Below are positions 8,861-19,344 of a stretch of DNA of 64,000 nucleotides, piece by piece (positions within the stretch are counted from its first letter, which is position 1; every line of letters starts with the position of its first letter). A program made the translations under genes and the position numbers. Location of the stretch: NCBI GenBank assembly GCA_964419615.1, contig CAYQPU010000001.1:1-64000 (forward strand), given 5' to 3'. The notes below the pieces were generated by a model, which did no database searches, was not told where the DNA came from, and saw only the letters and a program-made list of their open reading frames with translations. The stretch comes from an uncultured Methanosarcinales archaeon. GTDB lineage: Archaea > Nanobdellota > Nanobdellia > Woesearchaeales > JAGVZT01.

Positions 8861-10103
8861 TTTTCGATTACAGAAAATGACCCTCCGAACGAAAGTGAGG
8901 TTGGGTCAATTTCATATTCAATCACAATCATTTAATCAAAATGGTTTGGTTATCAGCAGAATACCAAACCTTCGGCTAAAACATCATGTTAATGCGGCCA
9001 TGCATAAGTTGGAAAGGCTAAGCTATTAGGTGGATGACTCGGCTCAAGAGCTGATGAAGGGCGTGACAAGCTACGATATGCTTTGGCGAGCCGCATGTAG
9101 GCATTGAACCAAAGATACCTCAATCAGACTTCTGCTTGAATCAGTAATGATGGGAAACGCAGGGAATTGAAACATCTTAGTACCTGCAGGAAAAGAAATT
9201 AATAAAGATGCTGCTAGTAACAGCGAGTGAAAGCAGCTTAAGGCAAACTGAATCCCTTTTTGAAAGAGAAGGGAGATGTGGTGTTATAAGACTACCTTTA
9301 AGCCCTATTCTGGCAACCTAAACTCTCCTGGAAAGGAGGACCATAGAGTGTGATAGTCACGTAAGGGTAACTGGGATGGGCCATGGTATGTTCTTGAGTA
9401 CCTTTCGCTGGAAACCGAGAGGGAATTTGGGAGGCATCAACTTCCAACCTTAAATACTACTTGAGTCCGATAGCAAACAAGTACTGTGAAGGAAAGTTGA
9501 AAAGAACCCCTAACAGGGAGTTAAAAGAACCTGAAACCTAATAGCGATCGTGTGGTACCGCTCTACGGAGTTGTACCGTTCGTTTCGAATAACGTGCCAG
9601 GGAGTGTATTTGTGTGGCAAGGATAATCTAAAAGAGGATCCAAAGCGAAAGCAACAAACCCGCAGCTTGCGAGGGGTGGGGTGTGAAAGCGCCCATAGTC
9701 ACATGGATACGATCTGAAGCTGGGCGATCTACGCTTGGGCAAGGTGAAGCCAGAGTAAAATTTGGTGGAGGCCTGAAAAGGTTCTATGGACAAGTGTTCT
9801 TCTGATCTGAGTGTAGGGGTAAAATGCTAATCGAGCCCAGCAATAGCAGGTTCCTGCCAAAGTTGGCTGTAGTCAAATCTCGGTGGAGATGGCTGAGGAG
9901 GTAGAGATACGGATTGAGAGTTTAGGCGTGGAGACACGTCGGCACTCTGTCCAACTCCGAATGCTTCAGCATCATAGATGCCGGGGGACGGGGGCGTGGG
10001 GTAAGCCCATGTCCCGAGAGGGGAACAACCCAGACTATAGTTAAGGTCCCAAAGTACTAGTTAAGTGTTAAAGGCTAAAGAGTGTTCATTTCCCAAGACA
10101 GCG

Positions 10104-10136
<33 letters not shown>

Positions 10137-10964
10137 AAGTGCGTAACAGCTTACTCGTCAAGGAAGTGGGCCTCGAAAATGGACGGGGCTAAACTAGTCA
10201 CCGATACTATAGAGTTTTGTAAAAAATTTGGTAGGCAGGCGTTCTGTTTGGATAGAAGTGTGTCTGCGAAGATGCATGGACCGGATAGAAATGAGGATCC
10301 TGGCGGTAGTAGGATCTGAGCAGCTTGAGAATAGCTGCCACCGTAAGGGCAAGGGTTCCTTGACAATGCAAATCAGTCAAGGGTAAGTTGGTCCTAACTG
10401 ACTTCATAACTAGAAGTAATGAGGAAAGGGAAACAGGTTAATATTCCTGTACTATTTAGGTATCCGGCGACGAAAGCCTTGTTTCTGACGCTTTTGGGTA
10501 AGTTATCACTGTTTGTCTGCAGTGTTAACCAGCATAAATCTGTGGAGTATCTTAATGATGAGAAACAGATTAAAGCTGGGATGAGCATCCTTCTGGGATG
10601 TATAGCTGATCCCTGGAGCCCGTGAAAAAGGAACAAGGATAAATTCTAAATAACCATACCCAGAACCGACACAGGTGCCCCTAGGTGAGAAGCCTAAGGT
10701 GTGAAGGGACAATCCAATTAAGGGAAATCGGCAAATTAGCCCCGTGTCTTCGGTGGAAGGGGTCCCTGCGATTGTGTTCGTATGAATGCGATTACAGGGC
10801 GCAGTGACAAGGGGGGTCCGACTGTTTAACAAAAACATAGCCAACTGCCAACCCGTAAGGGCTAGTATAGTTGGTGACGTCTGCCCACTACCAGTACTTT
10901 AAACTCCTTTACAAGGGAGCGAAGAGCTGGCAAAGGGCGGGAGTAACTATAACTCTCTTAAGGT

Positions 10965-11686
10965 GAAAATCGTTGCCTTATCAAAATCTAGCTATATGCT
11001 CGAATATCTGGTGTATCTCATGCTACCAGTGGACATATGTGCGTAAGACTTTTTAAGTTTGATCACATATGAAGACTGGTGAAAATGCAATGAGTGCAGA
11101 CAACGAGCAGGAAAGGCTAAATACAGATTGGGTTGTTGGATTCGTTGATGGTGAAGGATGCTTTCATGTTTCAATTAATAAAATTTCAAAGATGTCTTTG
11201 GGATGGCAAGTTCTTCCAGAATTTCGTGTTGTTCAACATGAAAAAGAAGTGAAGATTTTGTTACAATTACAAAGGTTTTTTGGAATGGGAATTGTTGTTA
11301 AAAATCATGGAAGCAGAAAAGAGCTAAGAATAAGAGGTCATAGTACTCTTAAAGAATTAGTTCGATTCTTCAATAAAAATCCACTGAGAACATCAAAACA
11401 AAAAGATTTTGAGATATTTGCTCAAATAATCAGTTTGATGGATCAAGGGAAGCATCTCACAAGAGATGGTTTGAAGAAAATTTCAATTCTTCGGTCAAAA
11501 ATGAACCGACAAGTTAAACCAAAGTATTTAGAATCCCCAGAGACTATACGCTAGACACATAATATTGTGTGAAGACATAGTCCGACCCACTAGGCGACTA
11601 GTGGAGGTGTGCAGAAATGTGCATCCACCATCATCAAGATGGTCAAAACCCTAACTGTATTTTATGGGTTTAAAGTAACAGATGTG
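10965..11686 (+). mobile_element. group I intron at 23S position 1931
   Basis: exon ends ...CTTAAGGT(U), P1 pairs AAGGT with GCCTT, intron ends in G before AGCGAAATACC; core-like GAGACTATACG and AAGACATAGTCC (P7). Confidence 0.9.
11069..11554 (+). CDS. single-motif LAGLIDADG homing endonuclease (intron-encoded; start may be 11090)
   Basis: WVVGFVDGEG motif; C-terminal ESPETIR reads through the intron core. Confidence 0.92.
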   Translation: MKTGENAMSADNEQERLNTDWVVGFVDGEGCFHVSINKISKMSLGWQVLPEFRVVQHEKEVKILLQLQRFFGMGIVVKNHGSRKELRIRGHSTLKELVRFFNKNPLRTSKQKDFEIFAQIISLMDQGKHLTRDGLKKISILRSKMNRQVKPKYLESPETIR

Positions 11687-12223
11687 AGCGAAATACCTTG
11701 TCGTTTGAATGACGACGTGCATGAATGACGTAACGAGATCCCCACTGTCCCTAATTGGAACCCTCTGAACACTCTATTCTGGTGCAGAAGCCAGAGATTT
11801 CCAGTGGGAAGTGAAGACCCCGTGAAACTTTACTGTAGCCTGTTGCTGTGATGCGGATGTTGTTGTATAGTGTAGGTGGGAGTTGCTAAAACTTGAGTCG
11901 AAAGACGAGAGATCAGACGACAATGTAACACCACTCTTCATAATTTGCATTGCTTACTCGAAAGAGGACACCAATTGGCAGACAGTTTGGCTGGGGTGGC
12001 ACGCTGCTGAAATAATATCAGCAGCGCCCAAAGGTTGACTCAACGCGGTCGGAAATCGCGTGTGGAGTGCAAGGGCATAAGTCAGCCTGAATGGATTCTC
12101 ACTAAGACAGATTCCAGCAAAGAAATTTTGGCCTAGCGAACCTCTATGTCCTCCTTGATGGGGGCTAGAGATGACCGAAAAGTTACTCCGGGGATAACAG
12201 AGTTGTCTCCCCCGAGCGTTCAC

Positions 12224-12260
12224 AGTTGCTTGCGGCTATTGGTCGCAAGCGACCGAACAG
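12224..12260 (+). other. 37-nt BHB mini-intron in 23S helix 89 loop (E. coli 2477/2478)
   Basis: splits GTTCAC|AGCGACGG; helix GTTC/GAAC; 10-bp hairpin GCTTGCGGCT/GGTCGCAAGC. Confidence 0.85.
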
Positions 12261-12651
12261 AGCGACGGGGAGGCTTGCTACATCGATGTCGGCTCTTCCT
12301 ATCCTGGTGGTGCAGAAGCCACCAAGGGTGGGGGTGTTCACCCATTAAAAGGGATCGTGAGCTGGGTTCACAACGTTGCGAGACAGTTGGTTTAATATCT
12401 ACTGGAAATGTAAAATGTCTGAGAGGAAGGATGTCAAAGTACGAGAGGAACTGGCATTCGAGGCCTCTGGTCTACCGGTTGTCTGACAAGGCAGGCCGGG
12501 CAGCTACGCCTTAGAGGATAAGAGCTGAAAGCATCTAAGCTCGAAACCTCCCCCGAAAATAGACATTTATAGAACTCCTGCAGAACACAGGTTTGATGGA
12601 GCTGGGGTGTAAGTACCAAGGTAACGAGGTATTCAGCCCGCAGCCACCAAA

Positions 12652-12755
12652 AGTTCTTACTCAACTATGCATGGTTTTTTCATTTTTTTTTCTATTTCAT
12701 TTCAACATAAACAATATTGGTATAGTGTAAGCTATGTTGTTATGATTAGTACAAT
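12652..12755 (+). repeat. ~100-nt imperfect direct repeat, copy 1 (23S trailer)
   Basis: exact 23-mer AGTTCTTACTCAACTATGCATGG at 12652 and 13744, followed by degenerate similarity to ATTAGTACAA. Confidence 0.85.
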
Positions 12756-12810
12756 AATTCCAATTGGAACTAAAATTAAATTATATGCAAAAAATAAAAA
12801 ATTAGAATTG

Positions 12811-13644
12811 TTATCTTAGTTTTTTCTTCTCTTTTTTCTTTGGTAAAAAGTTTTCTTTAGAAATAGTTGATTTTCCTAAACGTTTTTCAACGCTTTTTCT
12901 TGCGTCATTTGCAGCTTCTCCACCTTCTTTAGCAGAATCTTTGCATTCACCAAATCCTTGAGAATTTCTATCTTTTGTAATTTCAGTAGTTGTCTTTTCT
13001 CCAAGCATAGTAAATATTAACTCTAAATCAGTCATATGATCCCTTAAATTTTGGTTTTTCTTTTGTAGTCGCTTGAATTCTTTATACTCTCCCACTGTTT
13101 TTCCAAATGTTGCTTTACTAATCTCATTTGTTAATATTGCAAATTCTTTTTCTGTTTTGATATCCCTATTTTCCCATTCGTCAGTCAATTCTTGTCTTAC
13201 AGAAATTCCTCTTAGTCTTTTGTCAATCCACTCTTTAGGATAACCTTTGAGTTCATAGTATTCTTTTATTCTATTTTGTCCAATTTCTGGATTTTCAATT
13301 TCTTCAATTCTTTCATATCCTACTTGTGCTAACCATTGTTTGAATGGTTCTGCTTTCGGAGAGGGTATTGCTTGTATTAGTCGAAAAATCTCTTTAGTGT
13401 TTCCTACATCTGTTAGTCGCATTTTACCATCAGGAGCAGACATTTTCAAAGCGTTACAATTTGTAACGGTTTCATTTCCTTCATCTTTTAATCTTTTTTT
13501 GAGAACTCTCCAATAAATTTGAGGGTTATCACTTTCAGTTAAAACAGCTATGATGTCAACTATAGAGAAATACCATTCATCATTATTCCAGATTCGTCTT
13601 ATTTTCTTGTCTTGAAAGACAACAAGTTTATTATTTTCTTCCAT
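12811..13644 (-). CDS. Bro-N domain protein (phage antirepressor-like)
   Basis: IRRIWNNDEWYFSIVDII, APDGKMRLTD, IFRLIQAIPSPKAEPFKQWLA, NLRDHMTDLELIF. Confidence 0.85.
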   Translation of the reverse strand: MEENNKLVVFQDKKIRRIWNNDEWYFSIVDIIAVLTESDNPQIYWRVLKKRLKDEGNETVTNCNALKMSAPDGKMRLTDVGNTKEIFRLIQAIPSPKAEPFKQWLAQVGYERIEEIENPEIGQNRIKEYYELKGYPKEWIDKRLRGISVRQELTDEWENRDIKTEKEFAILTNEISKATFGKTVGEYKEFKRLQKKNQNLRDHMTDLELIFTMLGEKTTTEITKDRNSQGFGECKDSAKEGGEAANDARKSVEKRLGKSTISKENFLPKKKEKKKLR

Positions 13645-13743
13645 TTATAAAGGAATAAATTATTTATCTTTAAATACTCTACGTCAAAATGTCCAGTGGA
13701 TAAACAAAACAACTAGAATCAACCGCAAAGGCCAGTTCCTAAC

Positions 13744-13841
13744 AGTTCTTACTCAACTATGCATGGCTTTTTATTTTTTATTAATTTTCTACATAAACAT
13801 TATTGACATAATGAGAGCTATGTTGTCATTATTAGTACAAC
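13744..13841 (+). repeat. ~100-nt imperfect direct repeat, copy 2
   Basis: see copy 1. Confidence 0.85.
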
Positions 13842-13939
13842 AAAGATTATTATCTTAGAAGGAATTTATGTAATTAAAAATCAAAATTGTCAGAATTAAT
13901 ATAAATAGAATTTAATTCCCATAATTAAGGGGTTATTGA

Positions 13940-14659
13940 ATGAACAATAAAAAGGAAAGGCCATTTACAGAAATACTGTCAGAGATTGCAGAATATGAAG
14001 ATGGAAATGTACTGCTGGCAGAGATACTTCAAGAGATCGGTAAGCATGATAATCAAAGAGTACTCAAAAAAATAGGCTTAAAAAATTGGTTCAAAGATCC
14101 TAAGAAATCCTATAAAGCATATTTTACCAGTCAGGATCAGTTAAAGGGGGATGTGGAAAAACTGTTAGTGGCCAATTCATCTATTGATAAAGTGTGCGAA
14201 GATCTGGAAGGATTGGAACATGAAGAACACTTCAAATACGGGAGTGTTAAGACCACTTTTCCAGGTAGAATACTTATTCCCAATATTGGATGGATACCAG
14301 TTAATAGCGAGGCACATATTATACTAAGTAAAAGCTATAGAGAATGGTCAGAAAAACCTATTGATATTGATGAACTTAAATTTGAATTAAATCCTTCTCA
14401 ACTTTATGAAAAGATTGCTCAACATAGATTTAGTATGGGTTCGTGGATTGATGATCCGGGTTATGAAAGCGAATTACTTGATACAGTTGAAAGTGCATTG
14501 AAGTTAGATTATTTGCTTTTAGTGGATGAATATAAAGGTAAGCTTAGTAAACAAGTAGAAAAGTCTATCAGAATATATGATGTATATGCTTCAGATATGA
14601 AAATAACACAAGGTGGGAGATTGGTAAATTTAACCTCTAAATTTGTTGATTCTACATAA
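13940..14659 (+). CDS. hypothetical protein
   Basis: 239-aa ORF with purine-rich leader. Confidence 0.7.
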   Translation: MNNKKERPFTEILSEIAEYEDGNVLLAEILQEIGKHDNQRVLKKIGLKNWFKDPKKSYKAYFTSQDQLKGDVEKLLVANSSIDKVCEDLEGLEHEEHFKYGSVKTTFPGRILIPNIGWIPVNSEAHIILSKSYREWSEKPIDIDELKFELNPSQLYEKIAQHRFSMGSWIDDPGYESELLDTVESALKLDYLLLVDEYKGKLSKQVEKSIRIYDVYASDMKITQGGRLVNLTSKFVDST

Positions 14660-14798
14660 AAATGCAATCAAGAAGATGATGTTGTTATGTTCTCTACAAC
14701 AAAAGTTTATATACTAGTTACCACTCTTAAATAACAAATAATCGAAAGATTTATATAGATGTAAATAAATCTTTAATGTAACAATTGGGGGTATTAGA

Positions 14799-15542
14799 AT
14801 GGGAAGAAATTTATCAAAAGATGTTTCAGATTTATTTAAAAATATGGTTTTAGCTGAGCAAACAGCTTTAAGTTTAGGATCTGAAGAAATAATAGAAATA
14901 TTTGGTTATGGAACGGTTAGAGATATTGTTAAGCCTAATATTCCAGCATCATTTGTTGGCGCAGCATGGGATTATAATACAGAAAAAGTAGTAAGTTTTT
15001 CAGCAGAAAAAATGTTCAACTATGGTGGAGCTGCAGGAGCAATAACTCCTGGAAATGAAATTCCTAATGAAACTGTTTTTGCAATGAAAACTGAAGCTGA
15101 AAGAACTGCAAGAAATAAAGCAGTAAGTGATTATGGTGATTTAATTGATGAAAAAGCACAGGAGGCAAAAGAATTTGCAAAAAGGATTACTGATGCTCAA
15201 GATTACTATGAATCTCCTCCAGAAGATGCAGATTATCAAACAATGCATGCAAATCTAGATTTTTTAATTAATGAATGTGGTACAACTTTTAGAACTCGCC
15301 CAGACACAACATACAGACAATTACAATTTGTTGTTAATAGAATTGAATCGCACATAGGATTATTCACTGAGAACCATCTATCTGAAATTCAAGATGAATT
15401 AGAACAATTAAGAGGACTTAAAAAATTCATAAAAGACAAAAAATATTTGGGTAGAGAAAAACAGTTTGAAAATACATTAGATCCTGAGGCTGTTGCTACA
15501 GTTAGGATGTATGAAATTGAACAAAGCAAGCAAAGTGAATAA
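14799..15542 (+). CDS. hypothetical protein
   Basis: 247-aa ORF; BRE/TATA cgaaagatttatata upstream. Confidence 0.75.
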   Translation: MGRNLSKDVSDLFKNMVLAEQTALSLGSEEIIEIFGYGTVRDIVKPNIPASFVGAAWDYNTEKVVSFSAEKMFNYGGAAGAITPGNEIPNETVFAMKTEAERTARNKAVSDYGDLIDEKAQEAKEFAKRITDAQDYYESPPEDADYQTMHANLDFLINECGTTFRTRPDTTYRQLQFVVNRIESHIGLFTENHLSEIQDELEQLRGLKKFIKDKKYLGREKQFENTLDPEAVATVRMYEIEQSKQSE

Positions 15543-15545
15543 AAG

Positions 15546-16634
15546 ATGAACAAAAAACAAAAAAGAGTTGAGGATTTTGTAGTTGGAGTAAGTGATTGTG
15601 TTAAACAGCTTAATGCAATTGAACATCAACCAGAAATTAACCTTTGGCCTGTTTTTAATTTTGGTTTCGATTCTTATGTTTTCTATTTGTTCGTTGAACA
15701 GGGATTTTTAGGAAAGTATCACCACAATATGAATAGTAGACATCAATTTGAACAAGCAAGAAGAGATGCTGAAGATAGAGCTATTGGAGCAGATGATGAA
15801 CTTGCCACTTTGTATAATGGTGTGAGACAGACTGCCTTTGAAGGGGACGACTTTGAAACTTTAACAGGTCTACTTGGACAATTAAAAGTTAAAGAAAATA
15901 GAGGTGACATTGGTTTTACTTGTCATCTGAACTTAGAAGAATTATACAGTGAAGCAGAGTTAACATTGGAAATTGCTGAAAGTTTAAGAGATCAAGGTAA
16001 TATTGAAGCAAGATTTTTGGTTGATAGATTAGAAAACTTGCTTTCAAAAGACAAAATTGGTGGTGCAAGAGGTCTCCCAGCAGACTATGTTGACCAAATG
16101 AGTATTGATTCGATTGCTAGAATCATGTTTAATGGTGATGCTCCAAGAAAAGTTCCAAAGTTCAAAGTGCCAAAAAGAAGTGGGGATATGTATGTTATTA
16201 AAACTGCTTTAGGTTTGAATGATATTGGAAGATTAACTAATGAATATGCTAAGGTTGGTGCATGTGAAAAATTCGAAATTTCCCCTGAACAAGCTGCAAG
16301 AGAAACTGTTGAACTGTTAGATGAACTTTGTATTACTTCAGGCGCAGTTGTCGATGCTGTTATGGGTTATATAAAGAATTTGAGTGAACCGAGTGGTCCT
16401 TATTCAAAAAAAGAGAGAGGATTTACAAGAGGAAGATGGGCTCATCCAAGACCTGGTATTGAAACAACATGCTACTGTGTTAAAGATATGCTGAAAGAAT
16501 GTGCTGCTTTTGATAATAAAACAACAGTAGATAATATTAGAAGAGAATCTCTAAAAGTGTATGCTAATTCAAGAGGAAAACACCTCCAAATTAGACATGT
16601 TACTGGACTTGAATATGTTCCTGTTGTTATCTGA
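15546..16634 (+). CDS. hypothetical protein
   Basis: 362-aa ORF 3 nt downstream of the previous gene. Confidence 0.75.
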   Translation: MNKKQKRVEDFVVGVSDCVKQLNAIEHQPEINLWPVFNFGFDSYVFYLFVEQGFLGKYHHNMNSRHQFEQARRDAEDRAIGADDELATLYNGVRQTAFEGDDFETLTGLLGQLKVKENRGDIGFTCHLNLEELYSEAELTLEIAESLRDQGNIEARFLVDRLENLLSKDKIGGARGLPADYVDQMSIDSIARIMFNGDAPRKVPKFKVPKRSGDMYVIKTALGLNDIGRLTNEYAKVGACEKFEISPEQAARETVELLDELCITSGAVVDAVMGYIKNLSEPSGPYSKKERGFTRGRWAHPRPGIETTCYCVKDMLKECAAFDNKTTVDNIRRESLKVYANSRGKHLQIRHVTGLEYVPVVI

Positions 16635-18282
16635 TAGCAGTTTGTAGTTCTCTTCTCGCTTGCTTATAGAGATTTTCGTGACTACTTAATTCATTTCTTT
16701 GTTCCTGCAATTTCATTAAACGGCCATCATCTCTTTCTAAGTTTCTAACCATCCTCAAGCATTTATTGATCTTTTCTCTCACATCACTTAAGATTGTCAC
16801 TCTTGGACTTCTCCAGTATCCTTCCAATTCTCCCTTTATACCATCAAACTCATTTTGTTCTTGCTGAAGATTTTTATATTCATCTTTTAAATTCCAAGAA
16901 CATCTTCCAGTAATCCCATCTGAATCTGTTATCTCTGCTTTAAGGTCCTTTAAGGAAGCCTTATAATGGTCTAGATGATCTTTTAATGTCTTATGGTGGC
17001 CTCTTGCAGTATTCTTTTCAGCTCCGTCTGTCATCCTGTCAACTTGCTGGCTCAATTGATTTGCTTCATTTAGCAAGGTTTGATATTTTTTATCTTCCAT
17101 AACTTCTTTCTTTGAGATCTTAATCACATCTACAACAATTTCCAGACTCTTTTTAATTTCCTTAGATATAACACTTACTCTTCCAATAATTGTCTTAATA
17201 AGAGCATGTCTTTTTGGAATACTCTTTGCTCTCTCACCTTCACTAACAGTTACTCCCAATTCCTGATCTATCTGCTCAAGTTTTGTTACTGCTGCTTCAA
17301 GCTTTACAAGATCCTGCTCCATGTGTTCATTGCTTCTATGCAAGCTTGACTTTAGTTGAGTATTTTGTGTAGCGTATTTATGTTTCTTTTCTCGAAACTC
17401 CTCAACTTCTTTATCCTTGGTGGTCATATTGCTCCACCATTCTCTTAGTTTTCCACCAGCTTCCATTGTTGGGTCTGCTTCTGCTGCTCCTTTCCATGCA
17501 CCACCTATACCTTTTACTGTATATCCAAGTGTCATCAACATAAGTATTCCTTCCATAACACTAAAGATTACCATATAAGGTCCAGTTATATCTGGAGCCG
17601 GAGGTGCTGCAGATACTGCAAAAGCACAAACTATTGTTGAAAATAATACCATTGATAGAATTGATTTCTTTTTCCTTTTGTTAAAAATTAATCCAAAAGG
17701 TAAAAAAACAGGATATGGTTTTAAGTAAGTTGCCAAATTATTTACAGCAGTAGCAAATTGAGCTTTTGTACTTCCCACTATTAACAAAGTGATTAGACTT
17801 AATCCAGCTTTGATCCAATTATTTCTCGGTGTACTTGGTAATCGAAAAATGAGAATCAACATTACTACAACTACTAATGACATCATAATAAAAATAAGAC
17901 CTGTTATCCAATTCCCGAATAAGGCATAGAAAAATCTTGGCTGAAAATTCATAAGAACTGCTATCATTGCTGTTAAAGCACCACAAACCATCATCCTAAT
18001 TCTTAGAGGAATTGGTACCAAACCAGTTAATCCATATAAAATTGCGAATACGATAATTGCAGAAAAAGCAATTAATATCCCAAAAGCCCTTGCTGGTGAA
18101 CCAAATAATGGTAGTGAGAATATTTGTTCAACAAACCCAAAAGCATCAGCCACTAATTTTACCAACTCTTGAAATTGGTTTCCTGCTGGAGCTCTTCTTG
18201 GTTGAGCATACACCATAGTAAAACCCAATAATAATATTAACACAATCATCAATCCAATTTTTGTTCTCTTTTTCATTTTCAT
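16627..18282 (-). CDS. multi-pass membrane protein with C-terminal coiled coil; paralog of 19335..19961 plus the N terminus of 18295..19344
   Basis: signal peptide, several TM helices, NQFQ..GPY motifs, long charged helical tail. Confidence 0.8.
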   Translation of the reverse strand: MKMKKRTKIGLMIVLILLLGFTMVYAQPRRAPAGNQFQELVKLVADAFGFVEQIFSLPLFGSPARAFGILIAFSAIIVFAILYGLTGLVPIPLRIRMMVCGALTAMIAVLMNFQPRFFYALFGNWITGLIFIMMSLVVVVMLILIFRLPSTPRNNWIKAGLSLITLLIVGSTKAQFATAVNNLATYLKPYPVFLPFGLIFNKRKKKSILSMVLFSTIVCAFAVSAAPPAPDITGPYMVIFSVMEGILMLMTLGYTVKGIGGAWKGAAEADPTMEAGGKLREWWSNMTTKDKEVEEFREKKHKYATQNTQLKSSLHRSNEHMEQDLVKLEAAVTKLEQIDQELGVTVSEGERAKSIPKRHALIKTIIGRVSVISKEIKKSLEIVVDVIKISKKEVMEDKKYQTLLNEANQLSQQVDRMTDGAEKNTARGHHKTLKDHLDHYKASLKDLKAEITDSDGITGRCSWNLKDEYKNLQQEQNEFDGIKGELEGYWRSPRVTILSDVREKINKCLRMVRNLERDDGRLMKLQEQRNELSSHENLYKQARRELQTAIR

Positions 18283-18294
18283 ACCTCTTATTGT

Positions 18295-19344
18295 TTATAA
18301 TCCATTTTGAATTTTTTTAATTAATGTATATACTTGTTTATAATGCTTCATAGCTGCATTCCATCTACCAAAAAATTGTGATAAAACATTAACAGCGGCA
18401 GCAAAAGCTGCATCTCCTTGGTTATTGGTAATAAGGGTACTATTGGTACTTGCATTTGAAACCAAGCCAGTGTTACCCACTAGATCAGTAAAGTCTCTTT
18501 CATTATTATTTCGCTCATCAACAAAAAACCTTTTATGCACAGGTTCCCCTGAATTAATAATGGTTTCAATCTGGGTAAACTCATTATTAAATTGGTTGAC
18601 CCCATTTGATAAACAGTAGTTTTTCAAATCTTGAATTGCAGTAAGCATTGCTTGATAATCTTTTGTGAATTTTTCAAATGGCTTTACTTTAATAAGTTCA
18701 GCAATATTTGAGCCAGGAGATTGTGGTTTTAATTCTCTCCAAGTTGGATTAGTTACCTTAGGTCCTTTTTTAACTTTTACAGGTTGACCAATTTTAACAT
18801 GACGTGCTCCTTCACCAACAAGGTGCTTTTGTGACCAGTCTAAAATCTTTATGTGTAATGTGCATGCTTGTCCAGGATTAAATTTAGAAGCAGGTATCTC
18901 CACATCTTTCTTTGATTGAAACAAAGTTCTACCTCTTCTAAAACTTCCATCACCTTTCACTAGTTCCTCCCTATCCAAGAACCATTGAAATTTCCCTGAT
19001 TTTGGCATAGACTGGCTAGAATCTGAAGCAATTGCTTGAAAAGGGTGTGGTTGTTTTCCAAGAGGTATTTCAGCCCCTTCAGCAGGATAAACCACTTGCA
19101 CTGTTATTTTATCCCCTGCTTTCCACTCACTTCCAGCAACAGTTCCAGTTCCTGTTTGAGCTTGCTGTGGTTCTTTTCTTTTAAATAGATCTCCAAGCTT
19201 GGGTCCTTCACCAGTTGGTTCTTCATCACCCATACCACCCATAATTCCTTGACCAACTTCCTTAACTGCCATTACCATTAGAGCTAGTTTTAACACATTC
19301 AGTACTGCTATGTACGGTCCTGCTAAATTCGCTGTTACTGCCAT
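18295..19344 (-). CDS. membrane-anchored protein with Ig-like beta region
   Basis: N-terminal GPY helix; ITVQVVYP..FQAIASD..FQWFLD. Confidence 0.75.
   Translation of the reverse strand: MAVTANLAGPYIAVLNVLKLALMVMAVKEVGQGIMGGMGDEEPTGEGPKLGDLFKRKEPQQAQTGTGTVAGSEWKAGDKITVQVVYPAEGAEIPLGKQPHPFQAIASDSSQSMPKSGKFQWFLDREELVKGDGSFRRGRTLFQSKKDVEIPASKFNPGQACTLHIKILDWSQKHLVGEGARHVKIGQPVKVKKGPKVTNPTWRELKPQSPGSNIAELIKVKPFEKFTKDYQAMLTAIQDLKNYCLSNGVNQFNNEFTQIETIINSGEPVHKRFFVDERNNNERDFTDLVGNTGLVSNASTNSTLITNNQGDAAFAAAVNVLSQFFGRWNAAMKHYKQVYTLIKKIQNGL

Noticed and set aside
12361-12392. Deviations in 23S helix 93 region (TCACAACGTTGCGAGACAGTTGG)
   Set aside because: Changes are compensatory or wobble-compatible, so this is ordinary lineage divergence
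12660-12810. Possible 5S rRNA after the 23S
   Set aside because: No 5S-like sequence; the region is an A/T-rich trailer
13690-13706. ORB-like GTCCAGTGGATAAAC
   Set aside because: Single copy with no G-string or partner; lies in the Bro-N promoter region
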